NCBI GenBank assembly: GCA_963760795.1
Contig: CAVXEP010000017.1
Span: forward strand, 80,805-144,804
DNA from: an uncultured delta proteobacterium
GTDB taxonomy: Bacteria; Desulfobacterota; Binatia; UBA9968
Length of the DNA: 64,000 nucleotides
Direction: 5' to 3'
This document shows, piece after piece, positions 9,078 through 19,371 of the stretch (position 1 is its first letter; each line of letters opens with the position of its first letter). Below the pieces are notes generated by a model that worked only from the letters and a program-made list of their open reading frames with translations, was not told where the DNA came from and ran no database searches. The translations under genes were made by a program, and so were the position numbers.

Positions 9078-11066
9078 TCAGCCTATGTGCGGGTTAGTGT
9101 GGTAGCGGCCACTGACAAGCAGATCCTCGGCGCTACGCAAGATCGCTAAGCCGTCTTCGGTCCGCTCTGCCTGCGTTGCGCTCATCGCCATTTCTGACCA
9201 TGGCGTGCCACGAGCCGCGCGCTCATAAGCAATCCGGTCGCCGGACTCGCGCAGGACAATCAGCTCACGATCCGTGACCATGCCGTAGCGCTTCTTGTTG
9301 TAAATCACCATGGCGGCCGGAGCTTCGGCTGGCTCCTTGAGCACATCGCGGCCGAAAAATGTGCTGCGGTATGCGCCGCCGACCATGCCCATGACCGTCG
9401 GCGGTAAGTCCATCTGACTGGTTACCGCGCCGATGCGCCCCGCCGCGATATGTTTCGGCGCCAGGAACAAAGCCGGGACGATGTATTCGTCGATGGGGAT
9501 GAGCTCATTGCCGCGCAAGTGCACGCCATGATCGCCGACAAAGACAAATAACGTATCATCGAAGTAGGGCGCCTGGCGCGCCGCGCGAATAAATTGACCG
9601 ACACAGAAGTCGGCATAGAGAAAGTTATTCAACTCGGCGAGCTCAAAGCCGGGCGGCACCCTGGTATCAGCGCCAAGTGGTTTAATCTTGCCCGCCGGGA
9701 ATTGCCAGGGCGAGTGCAGCGATACCGTCAACAGGGTGGCAAAAAACGGCTTCCCCGCTTCATGGTAACGGCGAAATTCCTCGCCGGCCCGTTCAAAGAG
9801 ATCTTCATCCGACACACCCCAAGGGCTTTTGTAGTGCGGCGCGGAGAAATCTTTTTCCTCGATAAAGCGATCGAAGCCGTTACCGAGAAAGAAAGCCAGC
9901 ATGTGATCGAAAATCCCCTGGCCGCCGTAGAAAAAACTCGTCGCATAACCGCGCTCACGCAGCACACTCGCCAAGGTCAAAAAATTTTGCCGCGCCTGCG
10001 GCCGTTTGACCACCCCTTCGCCGGGAAGTGGTGGAAACGAACAGACCGCGGCTTCGAGGCCTTGGATGGTTCGCTCTCCGGTGGCGTAGCAGCGTTCCAA
10101 CAGCAGGCCTTCTTCAGCGAGTTTGTCTAGTTCCGGTGAAAGCGCCGGCACACCGCCAAGACATCCGGTCAGCCCTCCGGTAAAACTCTCCATCACGACT
10201 AACACCACGTTGAGCGGCGCGGCCTTCGCCGCATTGGTAATTCGCCGCACCAGAGGATTCGGCCCGTCGTCGGTGAATTGACAGCCCTCAGCTAAAATTT
10301 TGCGGGACCGCTCAATCGCTCGCTCGGCGGATGGTAGTTGGGTCACGCTCTTAAGCGCCGTGAATTCATTTTTAGCGCGTTGACTCCACTCGTAGAGCAG
10401 ATTGAAAATCCCGCAACAGGCGATCTCGTTGGCGATCCGATTGGTTGTAAACGACGCCAGACTGGGATTGAGCGGCCGATGATCGAAGGTGCCGCGGCTA
10501 GCGAAGCCGACGACAAGAAGCCAGAGTAGAGTCATAACGCGATCCGACAACCACAGGAAATCACTTCTGGCGTTGCCCTCCGCCACTGGAGCTAGAAACT
10601 GTACCGCAATCACTGCCAACCAAGCGCCGATCCCGCTCAGCAAGAAAATGCGCACTAAGGGATAGGCTTTGGCGACGGTCTTGAGCACCTCGCGATCGGC
10701 TCCATGTTCGAAGACCAGATAATTGGGTCGGAAATCATAAAAGCGAAAGAAGAAACTGCCGGCGATCTCGGCGAAAAATAGTGTGAAGTAAAGAACGCTG
10801 AGGTAGAGCCCAAAGAAAAACTGACTTGCAACAAGGAGATCGCCAGGCAACGTCAGCGCGGCAACCACCAGCGGCAGGCAGCCTCGGCTGACGATCACGG
10901 CGTCCAACCGGAAACCGATCCAAAATAGTTTTAACTTTTGCCGGCGGTTCAGCTCTTTGACATCGGCGCGCCGTTCCCAATAGAGCCACAGGCGAAACCC
11001 GGTCAAAATGAGCGCGGCAACAAGGCAAATGGCGACGGCTAAGGTCGTGCGCGGCAGTTCAAACAT
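9078..11066 (-). CDS. LTA synthase / phosphoglycerol transferase (LtaS/MdoB sulfatase-like) family membrane protein
   Basis: About 5 N-terminal TM helices, then NVVLVVMES, catalytic Thr in GERT, WGVSD, TVSLHSP, YADF, GDHG. Confidence 0.88.
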   Translation of the reverse strand: MFELPRTTLAVAICLVAALILTGFRLWLYWERRADVKELNRRQKLKLFWIGFRLDAVIVSRGCLPLVVAALTLPGDLLVASQFFFGLYLSVLYFTLFFAEIAGSFFFRFYDFRPNYLVFEHGADREVLKTVAKAYPLVRIFLLSGIGAWLAVIAVQFLAPVAEGNARSDFLWLSDRVMTLLWLLVVGFASRGTFDHRPLNPSLASFTTNRIANEIACCGIFNLLYEWSQRAKNEFTALKSVTQLPSAERAIERSRKILAEGCQFTDDGPNPLVRRITNAAKAAPLNVVLVVMESFTGGLTGCLGGVPALSPELDKLAEEGLLLERCYATGERTIQGLEAAVCSFPPLPGEGVVKRPQARQNFLTLASVLRERGYATSFFYGGQGIFDHMLAFFLGNGFDRFIEEKDFSAPHYKSPWGVSDEDLFERAGEEFRRYHEAGKPFFATLLTVSLHSPWQFPAGKIKPLGADTRVPPGFELAELNNFLYADFCVGQFIRAARQAPYFDDTLFVFVGDHGVHLRGNELIPIDEYIVPALFLAPKHIAAGRIGAVTSQMDLPPTVMGMVGGAYRSTFFGRDVLKEPAEAPAAMVIYNKKRYGMVTDRELIVLRESGDRIAYERAARGTPWSEMAMSATQAERTEDGLAILRSAEDLLVSGRYHTNPHIG

Positions 11067-11091
11067 CTGGCTGGTGCGAGCTCCGAGCTAT

Positions 11092-12489
11092 TTACATGCC
11101 AAACAGCGAAAAAAACAACCGTGCCCGCTCGGCGATAGTGAGAGGAGCGACGACATTCCAAAAATTGATGACGGCGAAAAAAGTCCAAACGCAGGCGATG
11201 CGTCGCAGGCTGCGTAACTTGCTCGCTGACTCGGTTTGCGCCGCTGGCGGCCGGCTGCGTTGGCGCTGTTGGCGTAGCATCGAGATGGCGATGCCGGCAG
11301 CAAGCAAGGCGCAATAGATCAAGCGCGCCCCCAGTAGCGACCAGAGTCTATGCCAGTCGCCGGCAACCAATTGCTCTTTGTGCTGCAAGAGGTGATAGTA
11401 CATGTTGCCGACGAAGGCCGCGGCAAAAACCGCGGCGACTAGCCGCAACATCGGTGAGTGACGAAAGTAGCGCGCGTAGAGCGGCAGAAAGAAGCTCTCC
11501 ATCATCAACTCTTTGAAATAGTAATAATAGCGGTTCCAGAACTCTACGACAGTTTGCGCCAGTAGCGGCTTGTAAGTATTGCGAAAAATATTGAAGCCAA
11601 ACAGCCGGATCACGCCGACCCAGACATGCCCCTTGGCCGCCAGCGAAAGCGTCTCCCAGACCAGCTCCAGATAAAGGCTGAACCATACTTGGACCAGCGG
11701 GAACGCCAGTTGTCTGCTGAGGATTTGCTTCACCCGCGGCAGACCGAAAGTGTAATCATAAAACAGCGCGCTGAAAGGACTTTTCGGATCGCCGTATATC
11801 AGGGCCGCGATCAGTTCCAAAACTACCTTCCACAACGCCACCAGGAGCAAGAGCTTAAACCCGCCGAGTATCGTCCGCGCATAGCTGTCCGGCGTCTGCG
11901 CCACGGTGCGCGACAAATAATCATGACCCTTTGCCAGGAGGCGTATTGGTGCCATCCCAGATCGGCCAAATGTAAAATAAGTGATCGCGAAAACGGCTGT
12001 TTTGCGCTTTGCCGCGTTGACCCGACAAAAGCATGTAGCCCGTACGCCAGATCAAGTAGGGAAACGATAGCGCAATCACTGATAGAACCGCGACGACGAA
12101 TCCATCACTGGGCGGCAAACCACAGCAACGCGAGGAGCAGCCAGAAAATTAAATGAAAAAATATTTGTGGCCGGCGGCGCATCATCGGCGGCAACTGCTT
12201 GAAACGTAACCGTGGCGAGATAAAGAGCGAAAAGAGACCGAGCAGAATCAAGAAACGCCAGACCATGCACTAACCAAGGCGCCAGGGCGCGATAGTCGTG
12301 CCATTTCGCGTTGCGGCTAAAGATGCCGACCAGCCCGGCGACTATAGCGCCGAAAAAAAGCATCGATTTGCGTCGTTCCGGCGTCAGCCAAATCACCCAG
12401 GGTTGGCCGCTCAGCCAGGCGATCAACCGGTCATTTTCATGGAATTGCGAAATACTTCGGTAAGCCGTACGCAGGGCGGTGAGATTCAT
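11092..12489 (-). CDS. Divergent MBOAT-family membrane acyltransferase, several frameshifts in the 5' half
   Basis: RLFGFNIFRNTYKPLLAQTVVEFWNRYYYYFKE matches the MBOAT G-x-x-x-x-N-F-x-x-P...EFW-x-RW core. GNMYYH is the likely catalytic His. ATG 12489 overlaps the ACP stop (ATGA). Confidence 0.7.
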
Positions 12490-12747
12490 GACGCCGCTTC
12501 GCGGGCAATTAAATCGAGGATGGAATTGACCGAGCGCAGATCTTCCGGGTCGATGCCTCGCTCGCTGAAGTCGACTCCATAGGACCTGCTCCAAGTAGGT
12601 GACGATCTGCAGCAGCGCCAACGAATCGATCAAACCAGACTCGACCAGGCCGGACTGTTCGTCGATGGCCGCGTGCGCATAATCTGGTCTTTGGATCGTC
12701 CGTAAAAAATCGATCAGCTCTTGTCGGCTTCGTTCCCGGTCCGTCAT
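12486..12747 (-). CDS. Acyl carrier protein (DltC-like), frameshift near 12583
   Basis: GLVESGLIDSLALLQIVTYLEQ then YGVDFSERGIDPEDLRSVNSILDLI; phosphopantetheine DSL motif. Confidence 0.85.
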
Positions 12748-14333
12748 CGTAAACTTCCAAGTATTAGTTTTGTCAAAACAGCGGCGTTGCTGCTGGCGTC
12801 ACGAACCACGCCGTAACAGTCCAACCAAGTCCACAGGTGCAATGACGCGCACAGTTCCTGCACCGTCGCACGGCTCACCTTGCCCCGCGAGTTTTGCGGC
12901 AGCGCGTCGACGACATACCAGCGCTGGGGAATTTTAAACTCCGCCAAATGCTCTTTGAGCCAGCCATGGAGCTGGCGCAGGGTCGCGTCATCCTGACGGC
13001 TCAAGACCACCGCCATGGCGACGTTCTGACCGTAGGCCGGATCGGCGATGGCAAAAGTACATACCGCGGTGGCAGGCTCGAACCGTTCGACCACGGCGTC
13101 GACATCGGCGGGATAGACTTTAGCGCCGCCTTTATTGATTTCGTCCCGCTCGCGCCCCTTGAGATAGAATCTGCCGCGATCGTCGATAAGCCCCATGTCG
13201 CCGCTGACGAACCAGCCGCCCGAAATCACCTGATCGGTGAGTTCCGGCTGACCGCAATAGCCTTGCATCAGCGCCGGCGTGTTGATCCAGACATAGCCCG
13301 TCTCAGCGACTTTGCACTCGGCACCGTCGGCAAACGGCGTCTGCGGTTCGGCGTTTTTGAGAATTTTGATCACCGCACCCCAAGGCACACCGACTAGGCC
13401 ATCTTCCGGTTCGAAGTCTTCAATGCTCGTGCCGGCCACCCAACTGCCCGTTTCAGTAATACCGTAGGCGTTATAAACCGCGCGGATTCCCGACCATTGT
13501 TGAATCTGACCCCATAGGTGCGCTGATAACGGCGCCGAGCCGCAATGAATGCGCTGGAGGGTTTTGCCCTGCGGTGGCTTACTGCCCTTCAAGCTCAACC
13601 CCCACATGGATGGCACGGAGGAGAGAAACGTAATCTTCTGCTCATCGACGATGGGCCCTAAGCGTAGGAGTAAATACGGACTGAATGGCTGCGCGATGAT
13701 CACATCCTGGCCGAAGAGCCAAGGAAACAAACTGTTACAGATCAAGCCATGACCGAAATGGGTCGGCAACAAACATAGCGTGCGGCGAAAGCAATCGATA
13801 CCGAGACTCTGGCGTAAACACAGCCAACGCGCGCGTAATGACCGATGAGTGTGAACCACGCCTTTGGGCACTCCGGTGGTGCCGGAGGTAAACAGGATCA
13901 ACGCCTCATCGTCGAGCCGCGCGGCGCAGAATGCACTGGCCGACGACACCGATGTTACCGCATCCGCCGCCAAGTCGCTCGAACTGAGGAGCTTAACTCC
14001 CAGCGCAGCCAGCGCGTCACCAAGAGCCATGGGCACCGTCGCATCGATGAGCGCGATCTTGGGCGTCACCGTCCGCGCTAAGTTTTCGACTTCAAACGGC
14101 GTCAACCGGTTGTCCACTGGCACAACGCTCGCCCCGACGTTCCACGCAGCCAGCAGGTCGACAAAGAATTCGAGATTGTTGCCGTAAAGGATGAACACGC
14201 GATCGCCACGCTGTAAACCATGGGCGCGCAGCCGGGCGGCGCTGGCCGCTAAACGCATGGCGATCTCTTGGCTGCTCCAGCTGCGGCCCGATTCCAGCTC
14301 GCTCAGAGCACCGCATGTCAAATCGGCAAACAT
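12744..14333 (-). CDS. AMP-binding acyl-adenylating enzyme (acyl-CoA/acyl-ACP ligase)
   Basis: LILFTSGTTGVPKG P-loop, AYGITET, GWFVSGDMG, KGRERDEINKGGAKVYP, LPQNSRGKV. Confidence 0.92.
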   Translation of the reverse strand: MFADLTCGALSELESGRSWSSQEIAMRLAASAARLRAHGLQRGDRVFILYGNNLEFFVDLLAAWNVGASVVPVDNRLTPFEVENLARTVTPKIALIDATVPMALGDALAALGVKLLSSSDLAADAVTSVSSASAFCAARLDDEALILFTSGTTGVPKGVVHTHRSLRARWLCLRQSLGIDCFRRTLCLLPTHFGHGLICNSLFPWLFGQDVIIAQPFSPYLLLRLGPIVDEQKITFLSSVPSMWGLSLKGSKPPQGKTLQRIHCGSAPLSAHLWGQIQQWSGIRAVYNAYGITETGSWVAGTSIEDFEPEDGLVGVPWGAVIKILKNAEPQTPFADGAECKVAETGYVWINTPALMQGYCGQPELTDQVISGGWFVSGDMGLIDDRGRFYLKGRERDEINKGGAKVYPADVDAVVERFEPATAVCTFAIADPAYGQNVAMAVVLSRQDDATLRQLHGWLKEHLAEFKIPQRWYVVDALPQNSRGKVSRATVQELCASLHLWTWLDCYGVVRDASSNAAVLTKLILGSLR

Positions 14334-14472
14334 GAAGGCTAAATATTCCTGAATACTAAACTATTTTGTAACAACCCCGGCCGAACCAAGCAAGGCGAAT
14401 CGCTCCGATAACGGCATGCCCGGCGCAACGCGGCTCTCGTCTTTGGAAACAATAGTTGCTATAAAGCGCCGG

Positions 14473-15204
14473 ATGAGCGATCAGCGCCGCCGGCTCGTCA
14501 TACGCGGGGCCATCTTCATCGGCCTCATGTTGCTGCTGTTTTTTTTCAGCCGCTACATTCCGCGGCCGTTTAGCGCTTTCGCGCCTCCCGGCGCCGAGCT
14601 CGACGATTTCGAGGGCATCTATTCCAGCAGCGATAAGCTCGGCAAGTTTCTGCAACAGCTGGGCCCCTATTCGCCGGCGGTCTTCGTGGTGTTGCAAATC
14701 CTCCAAGTGATAGCCGCACCGTTTCCGGGGGAGCTTACTGGGGTCGCCGGCGGCATTGTCTACGGCGAAACCATCGGCTTCATCCTCTCCATTGTCGGCC
14801 TGGCCATCGGTTCCTGGGTAGCTTTCGAATTGGCGAGTATACTCGGCCGGCCATTTGTCGAACGCTTCGTTAAACGCGATGTCTTGGAGAAGTTTAATTT
14901 CCTCACCACCAAGACCGGTGTGTTCATCTGCTTCGTGCTGTTTCTGTTTCCCGGCTTTCCCAAAGATTATCTTTGCTACGTGCTTGGCTTGAGCCGAATG
15001 AGCGTAACTACCTTCCTGCTGGTATCGATCATCGGGCGAATTCCCGGTACCTATTGGCTTACTATGCAGGGAGCGATGATCAGAAATGAGCAGTACCTCA
15101 CCTTCGCGATTTTCGTCGGCGTCACTCTCGTTGGCTTGGTAATCGGCTATATATATCGCAATCAAATCTTCGCTTGGATCAAGCACCGCCACGATCATGA
15201 CTAG
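14473..15204 (+). CDS. TVP38/TMEM64 (DedA/VTT) family membrane protein
   Basis: LQVIAAPFPGELTGVAGGIVYG, LFLFPGFPKDYLCYVLGL, GRIPG. Confidence 0.88.
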   Translation: MSDQRRRLVIRGAIFIGLMLLLFFFSRYIPRPFSAFAPPGAELDDFEGIYSSSDKLGKFLQQLGPYSPAVFVVLQILQVIAAPFPGELTGVAGGIVYGETIGFILSIVGLAIGSWVAFELASILGRPFVERFVKRDVLEKFNFLTTKTGVFICFVLFLFPGFPKDYLCYVLGLSRMSVTTFLLVSIIGRIPGTYWLTMQGAMIRNEQYLTFAIFVGVTLVGLVIGYIYRNQIFAWIKHRHDHD

Positions 15205-15252
15205 AGCATTGCTAGTCGTGGCTCTCGCACTTCGAGCTTCTATGTGAATGGC

Positions 15253-16077
15253 TTAAAGCCCTGAGCCGCGCGTGAGGTAATAGAAGATCGGCGCCACGAC
15301 GATGCGATACCAGGCGAACGGCGCCAGCCTGCCGTGGCTGAGGTAGCGGACAAAACCTTTAATTGCCAGTAACGCCACCGCGAAAGAAATCACGAAGCCG
15401 ATAACCAGGCCGATGACATCGTCGGACATCAATTGATCGCGCATTTTGAGCAGCTCGTAGCCGGACGCCGCGCATAATACCGGGACAGCGATCAGAAACG
15501 AGAATTCCGCCGCCGCCTTGCGCTCGAGTCCAAGTATCATACCACCGACGATGGTCGCCGCCGCTCGCGAAGTGCCGGGCCAGAGCGCCAAGATTTGAAA
15601 TAGCCCGACCCCTAATGCCTGCACCAACGTCACTGCGTCCAAACCGTTGGCGCGGCGGCGCGCGGCGAGCCGCTCGACGAGTAGAATCGCCACACCACCG
15701 ACCGCCAACGCCAAGCTGACGGCTTCCGGATTGAAAAGTTTTTCTTTGATCCCATGGCGGGCCAAGTAACCCACCGCTAACGCCGGCAGCGTCGCCAAAG
15801 CGACACGCCAGAGGCCTGGCCAACCATTCAAGCTCGATTCTGCCGTCGCCGTGAATAGCCTCGTACCAGGGACCAAGCCGATAAACCGCCGCCAGTAGAG
15901 CCAAACCACGGATAGGATCGCACCCAACTGAATCGCCACTTCGAAGCTCGCGGCCTTGTCGCCGACGAAGCCGAGCAAATGACCGGCGATAATCAGATGG
16001 CCGGTGGATGACACGGGTAAGAACTCGGTAAGTCCCTCGACGACCCCCAACACGGCCGCAATGGCGAAATTACTCAT
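15253..16077 (-). CDS. uppP: Undecaprenyl-diphosphate phosphatase
   Basis: GVVEGLTEFLPVSSTGH, IQLGAILSV, PGTSR, AAEFSF; start at ATG 16077. Confidence 0.95.
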   Translation of the reverse strand: MSNFAIAAVLGVVEGLTEFLPVSSTGHLIIAGHLLGFVGDKAASFEVAIQLGAILSVVWLYWRRFIGLVPGTRLFTATAESSLNGWPGLWRVALATLPALAVGYLARHGIKEKLFNPEAVSLALAVGGVAILLVERLAARRRANGLDAVTLVQALGVGLFQILALWPGTSRAAATIVGGMILGLERKAAAEFSFLIAVPVLCAASGYELLKMRDQLMSDDVIGLVIGFVISFAVALLAIKGFVRYLSHGRLAPFAWYRIVVAPIFYYLTRGSGL

Positions 16078-16163
16078 ACAGTTCCTTCCGATTGAGAGTC
16101 GTGCCGCCGCCCATACCGTCAATCGCTGCGCGACAAGCGCAAAGGTGAGCGAATCGGCGTCGA

Positions 16164-18014
16164 CTACGGTCGGGCGACGATTAAGTATTCGTCGTGCACC
16201 GCAAGTCTTTTGAGGACCACGCCGACGAGCCGTTCCAAGCGGCGCAGATTCTTCTCTTTTACGAGGATCACAAATGGCCTGTCGGAGCGGTTCCAATGCT
16301 CGGCGAACTCGTCAAAAGTTAAGAGAGATTTCCCCCAGCGCGTGATCGGGTCGGGTTGATTGGTAAGCTCATAAAAATTGCCCAAGAACGTGCTTTTCTT
16401 ATTGCTGTGGGTGACCACCCACAGCGGCTTGGCGGTGTTGAGGTAAAATGGCAACGCTTCGGCATAGGTATCGTATAAGACGAGCTGTGTCGTTGCGGTG
16501 ATGTACGGCAGCGCCTTTACGGCGATTTCCTGCGACGATCTGGCCGGCGCTAACAAGACCATCATTTCGCTGAGCGTAACCATAAAGATCAACAGACCGA
16601 ATCCCTGACTGAAATAAACATACCGGAGACTAACCGCCGTCCAGATATTCCGCTTGCCAGCGAGATAAACCAGTGCCAGTGAAATAAACGCGCTGCTCCA
16701 GAACAGAATTGCGATGCGATCGTAGCGCCCGCGAATAATCTTGGGAAAGATCTCGGGCGCGATCACACCGGCGGCCAAGTAGATGAACAACGAACCTAAA
16801 ACCATCCAGATCGCGGCGAAGCCGTAGCGGAGGCGTTCTCGGGAATCGCTTAATATGCGACTCACCGCGACGCCGAGCAAAATTGCCAGTGGGGGAAAGC
16901 TCGGCAAAATGTAATGCGCCAACTTGGACTTGGACATCGAGAAAAACATGATCGGCAAGAGCGCCCACAAGATTAGCCACAAGGTCCGGTCGTCGAGCCG
17001 GCGTCGCCAATGAAACCTTACCGTCGCCGGAAGCAGCAAGGTCCAAGGCAACAAGCCCAAGGGCACGACATAGAGGTAGAAGTACCAGGGACTGAAACGG
17101 TCAAACTTCTTCGTCGCAAAACGGCCAAAATGCTCGTCCCAAAAATAGTAACGGAGATAGCCGGGATTCTGCGTCTCGGCCAAAATATACCAAGGCATTA
17201 CGATCAAGAGAAACAGCACCACGCCAGAAAGCAAGCGTATCTTTCCCAAGATTCTCCAGCTGTTGGTAAGTAGGAGGTAAGAGACAATGATCATACCCGG
17301 CACGATCAGACCGACGAGCCCCTTGGTTAGCGTGGCTACGCCGAGGGCGCCGTATAAGATCGCGCAGGTGGCCCAGCTCGCCGGCGATTCTGACTCCCGG
17401 GCGGCATGGTAAAAGGCGCACAACGCTAACATAATGTATGCGGTCAGGGTCATATCGAAAATCACCAGGCGTGAGAAGACAATAAACCCCGCGCTGGTAA
17501 CTAGAACTAAGACGCTCCAACGGCCTTCCCATTCGCCCCACCAGCGACGGGCAAAAAAGTAGACCATGACGATACAGCCAAAAGCCGCCAGCGCCGATGG
17601 CAATCTGGCCGCCCATTCGGAAACCCCGAAGATTTTGTAAGAGAGCGCGATCAGCCAGTAGAAAAAAATTGGTTTGTCGAGCACGGCACTGAAGTTTTCA
17701 TGGGGCGTTATCCAATTGTTCAAGACGAGAATCTCGCGCGCCTTCTCAGCGTTCCGGCCTTCGTCCGGTTCAAACAAGGCCGGCCCGCCGAGTCGATAAA
17801 AAAGAATCGCCAAGACAAAGCCGAACAATACCCAAGGGAACCAGGGATCAGTCGTGTTTTTCCGAGCTGATTCGCTTCCCTTATCAGGATTTATCGTTGA
17901 GATTGGCGGCACTGGAGAAGGCGTAGCTTTCGACGACGAATTTACCTGACGTTGCCAAATTATCAAGATAAAGAACAAATAAGCCGGATAACCAACAGCC
18001 CCCGATCGATCCAT
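16164..18014 (-). CDS. ArnT/GT83-family lipid-carrier-dependent glycosyltransferase (GT-C)
   Basis: LFEPDEGRNAEKAREI, DKPIFFYW, ARLPSAL, LTKG, PWY, FFSMSKSKLAHYILP; start codon uncertain. Confidence 0.88.
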   Translation of the reverse strand: MDRSGAVGYPAYLFFILIIWQRQVNSSSKATPSPVPPISTINPDKGSESARKNTTDPWFPWVLFGFVLAILFYRLGGPALFEPDEGRNAEKAREILVLNNWITPHENFSAVLDKPIFFYWLIALSYKIFGVSEWAARLPSALAAFGCIVMVYFFARRWWGEWEGRWSVLVLVTSAGFIVFSRLVIFDMTLTAYIMLALCAFYHAARESESPASWATCAILYGALGVATLTKGLVGLIVPGMIIVSYLLLTNSWRILGKIRLLSGVVLFLLIVMPWYILAETQNPGYLRYYFWDEHFGRFATKKFDRFSPWYFYLYVVPLGLLPWTLLLPATVRFHWRRRLDDRTLWLILWALLPIMFFSMSKSKLAHYILPSFPPLAILLGVAVSRILSDSRERLRYGFAAIWMVLGSLFIYLAAGVIAPEIFPKIIRGRYDRIAILFWSSAFISLALVYLAGKRNIWTAVSLRYVYFSQGFGLLIFMVTLSEMMVLLAPARSSQEIAVKALPYITATTQLVLYDTYAEALPFYLNTAKPLWVVTHSNKKSTFLGNFYELTNQPDPITRWGKSLLTFDEFAEHWNRSDRPFVILVKEKNLRRLERLVGVVLKRLAVHDEYLIVARP

Positions 18015-18062
18015 GATCGATCGATGATTTTGCGAGCGTCCGATCGATGCTTCATGTGTCAA

Positions 18063-18091
18063 TTGACATCCCCTAACCCCTGACGTAGCCT
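18063..18091 (+). promoter_or_regulatory. Sigma70-type promoter for the repeat-protein/TonB-ExbBD operon
   Basis: TTGACA-17 nt-TAGCCT, 30 nt upstream of ATG 18121; the -35 is half of a TGTCAATTGACA palindrome. Confidence 0.55.
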
Positions 18092-18120
18092 GACTCTCGC
18101 TTCACGGATTGTTGTTACCC

Positions 18121-19296
18121 ATGACGCGGTACTTCACCATGACCGCCAAAATGTTCTTGGTAGCAGTGTTGCTACTACAATCATTCGCGCCAGCTTTCGG
18201 TCAGCAACCCATCGCCAGCTTCTATTATGACGAGCGCGGCAGTGTAGTGCGCCAGGAGCAGGACACCAACGGTGACGGCAAAATGGATCGTTGGACCTAT
18301 TATAATAAGCAAGGTCAAGTCGAAAAAGTCGAACAGGATCTAAACTTTGACGGCAAGGCCGACACCTTCGCTATCTATGAAGCGGGCCGGCCGGTGCGCC
18401 AAGAGCTCGCCAGTAAGAACGATGGCCAGATCGACACTTGGTTTTTCTACAACGCTGCAGGCGAAATCGAACGGCGCGGCCAAGACCCCAGCCGTACTGG
18501 CAAGGCCACGGTTTGGATCTATTATCAGAATGGCCATGCGGTACGCAGCGAGGAAACAACGAACTCGAGCGGTAAGTCTAACCGCACGGTCCATTTGCGC
18601 GATGGCCAGATCAGCCGCGTCGATGAAGACACCAACGGCGACGGCAAGCCGGATAGTTTTTCGTATCATGAGAACGGCCAGCTCGTGCGCAAGGAGTTGG
18701 ACCGCAAGTTCAACGGCAAGATCGATCTCTGGGGTTACTATCAAAGCGGCCGCTTAATCAAACAAGAGGACGATCTGCGCGGCGACGGCAAAGTGAGCCG
18801 GATCGTCTACTTTGACGGCGACCAGGTGCTGCGCCGGGAGGAAGACACCGGCCGGCACGGCCGCATGGATATGATCGAGTCCTTCGCCCAGGGCAAGATC
18901 GCCAAACGGCTGCGCGATACCAAGGGTACCGGCAAGTGGGATATTGTTTACTATTTCGAAAATAACGAGCTCGACCGTGAGGAGCGCGACACCGACGGCG
19001 ATGGCTATTTCGATTTGCGGATTTTCTACGCTAAGGGCCAGATCCGCGCTCAGGAAGCCGACACCAATGGCGATCGGCGCGTCGATGTCTGGGTGAATTT
19101 TACCAATGGCGAGCGCGTCGAACAGCTTGAAGATCTAAAGGCCGAGGGTAAGATAACTGCGCGCTATGTATTCAAAGGCGGACAGGTGGTCAGTCAAGAA
19201 GCGGTCGCCGACGGCCAACCGCCGCGGGCGTCGCCCGCCTTCGGAACCGTTGCGGAAGAGCTACGGGCTATGGCGCTGATACCGCCGCCGGCGTAG
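18121..19296 (+). CDS. Exported repeat protein with 13 tandem 24-25-aa D-x-x-x-D-G-x-x-D-x-W-x-Y-Y hairpin repeats
   Basis: Signal peptide ending AFG; repeats such as DTNGDGKMDRWTYY, DLNFDGKADTFAIY, DTNGDGKPDSFSYH, DTDGDGYFDLRIFY. Confidence 0.85.
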   Translation: MTRYFTMTAKMFLVAVLLLQSFAPAFGQQPIASFYYDERGSVVRQEQDTNGDGKMDRWTYYNKQGQVEKVEQDLNFDGKADTFAIYEAGRPVRQELASKNDGQIDTWFFYNAAGEIERRGQDPSRTGKATVWIYYQNGHAVRSEETTNSSGKSNRTVHLRDGQISRVDEDTNGDGKPDSFSYHENGQLVRKELDRKFNGKIDLWGYYQSGRLIKQEDDLRGDGKVSRIVYFDGDQVLRREEDTGRHGRMDMIESFAQGKIAKRLRDTKGTGKWDIVYYFENNELDREERDTDGDGYFDLRIFYAKGQIRAQEADTNGDRRVDVWVNFTNGERVEQLEDLKAEGKITARYVFKGGQVVSQEAVADGQPPRASPAFGTVAEELRAMALIPPPA

Positions 19297-19371
19297 GTTT
19301 TGAGAGATCGCATTGGCGGGTTGCCCCGGGATATTGAAATCTAGTAGGATTGCCAAGGTTGGCATAGTTTC

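Noticed and set aside
12076-12747. Apparent 223-aa ACP-membrane protein fusion
   Set aside because: Artefact of a frameshift near 12583. The ACP C-terminus is in another frame and stops at 12486, overlapping the MBOAT start.
18003-18046. Five GATC sites in about 42 bp in the divergent promoter region (possible methylation switch)
   Set aside because: GATC and CGATCG are common throughout this sequence, there is no methylase or regulator evidence, and significance cannot be shown by eye.
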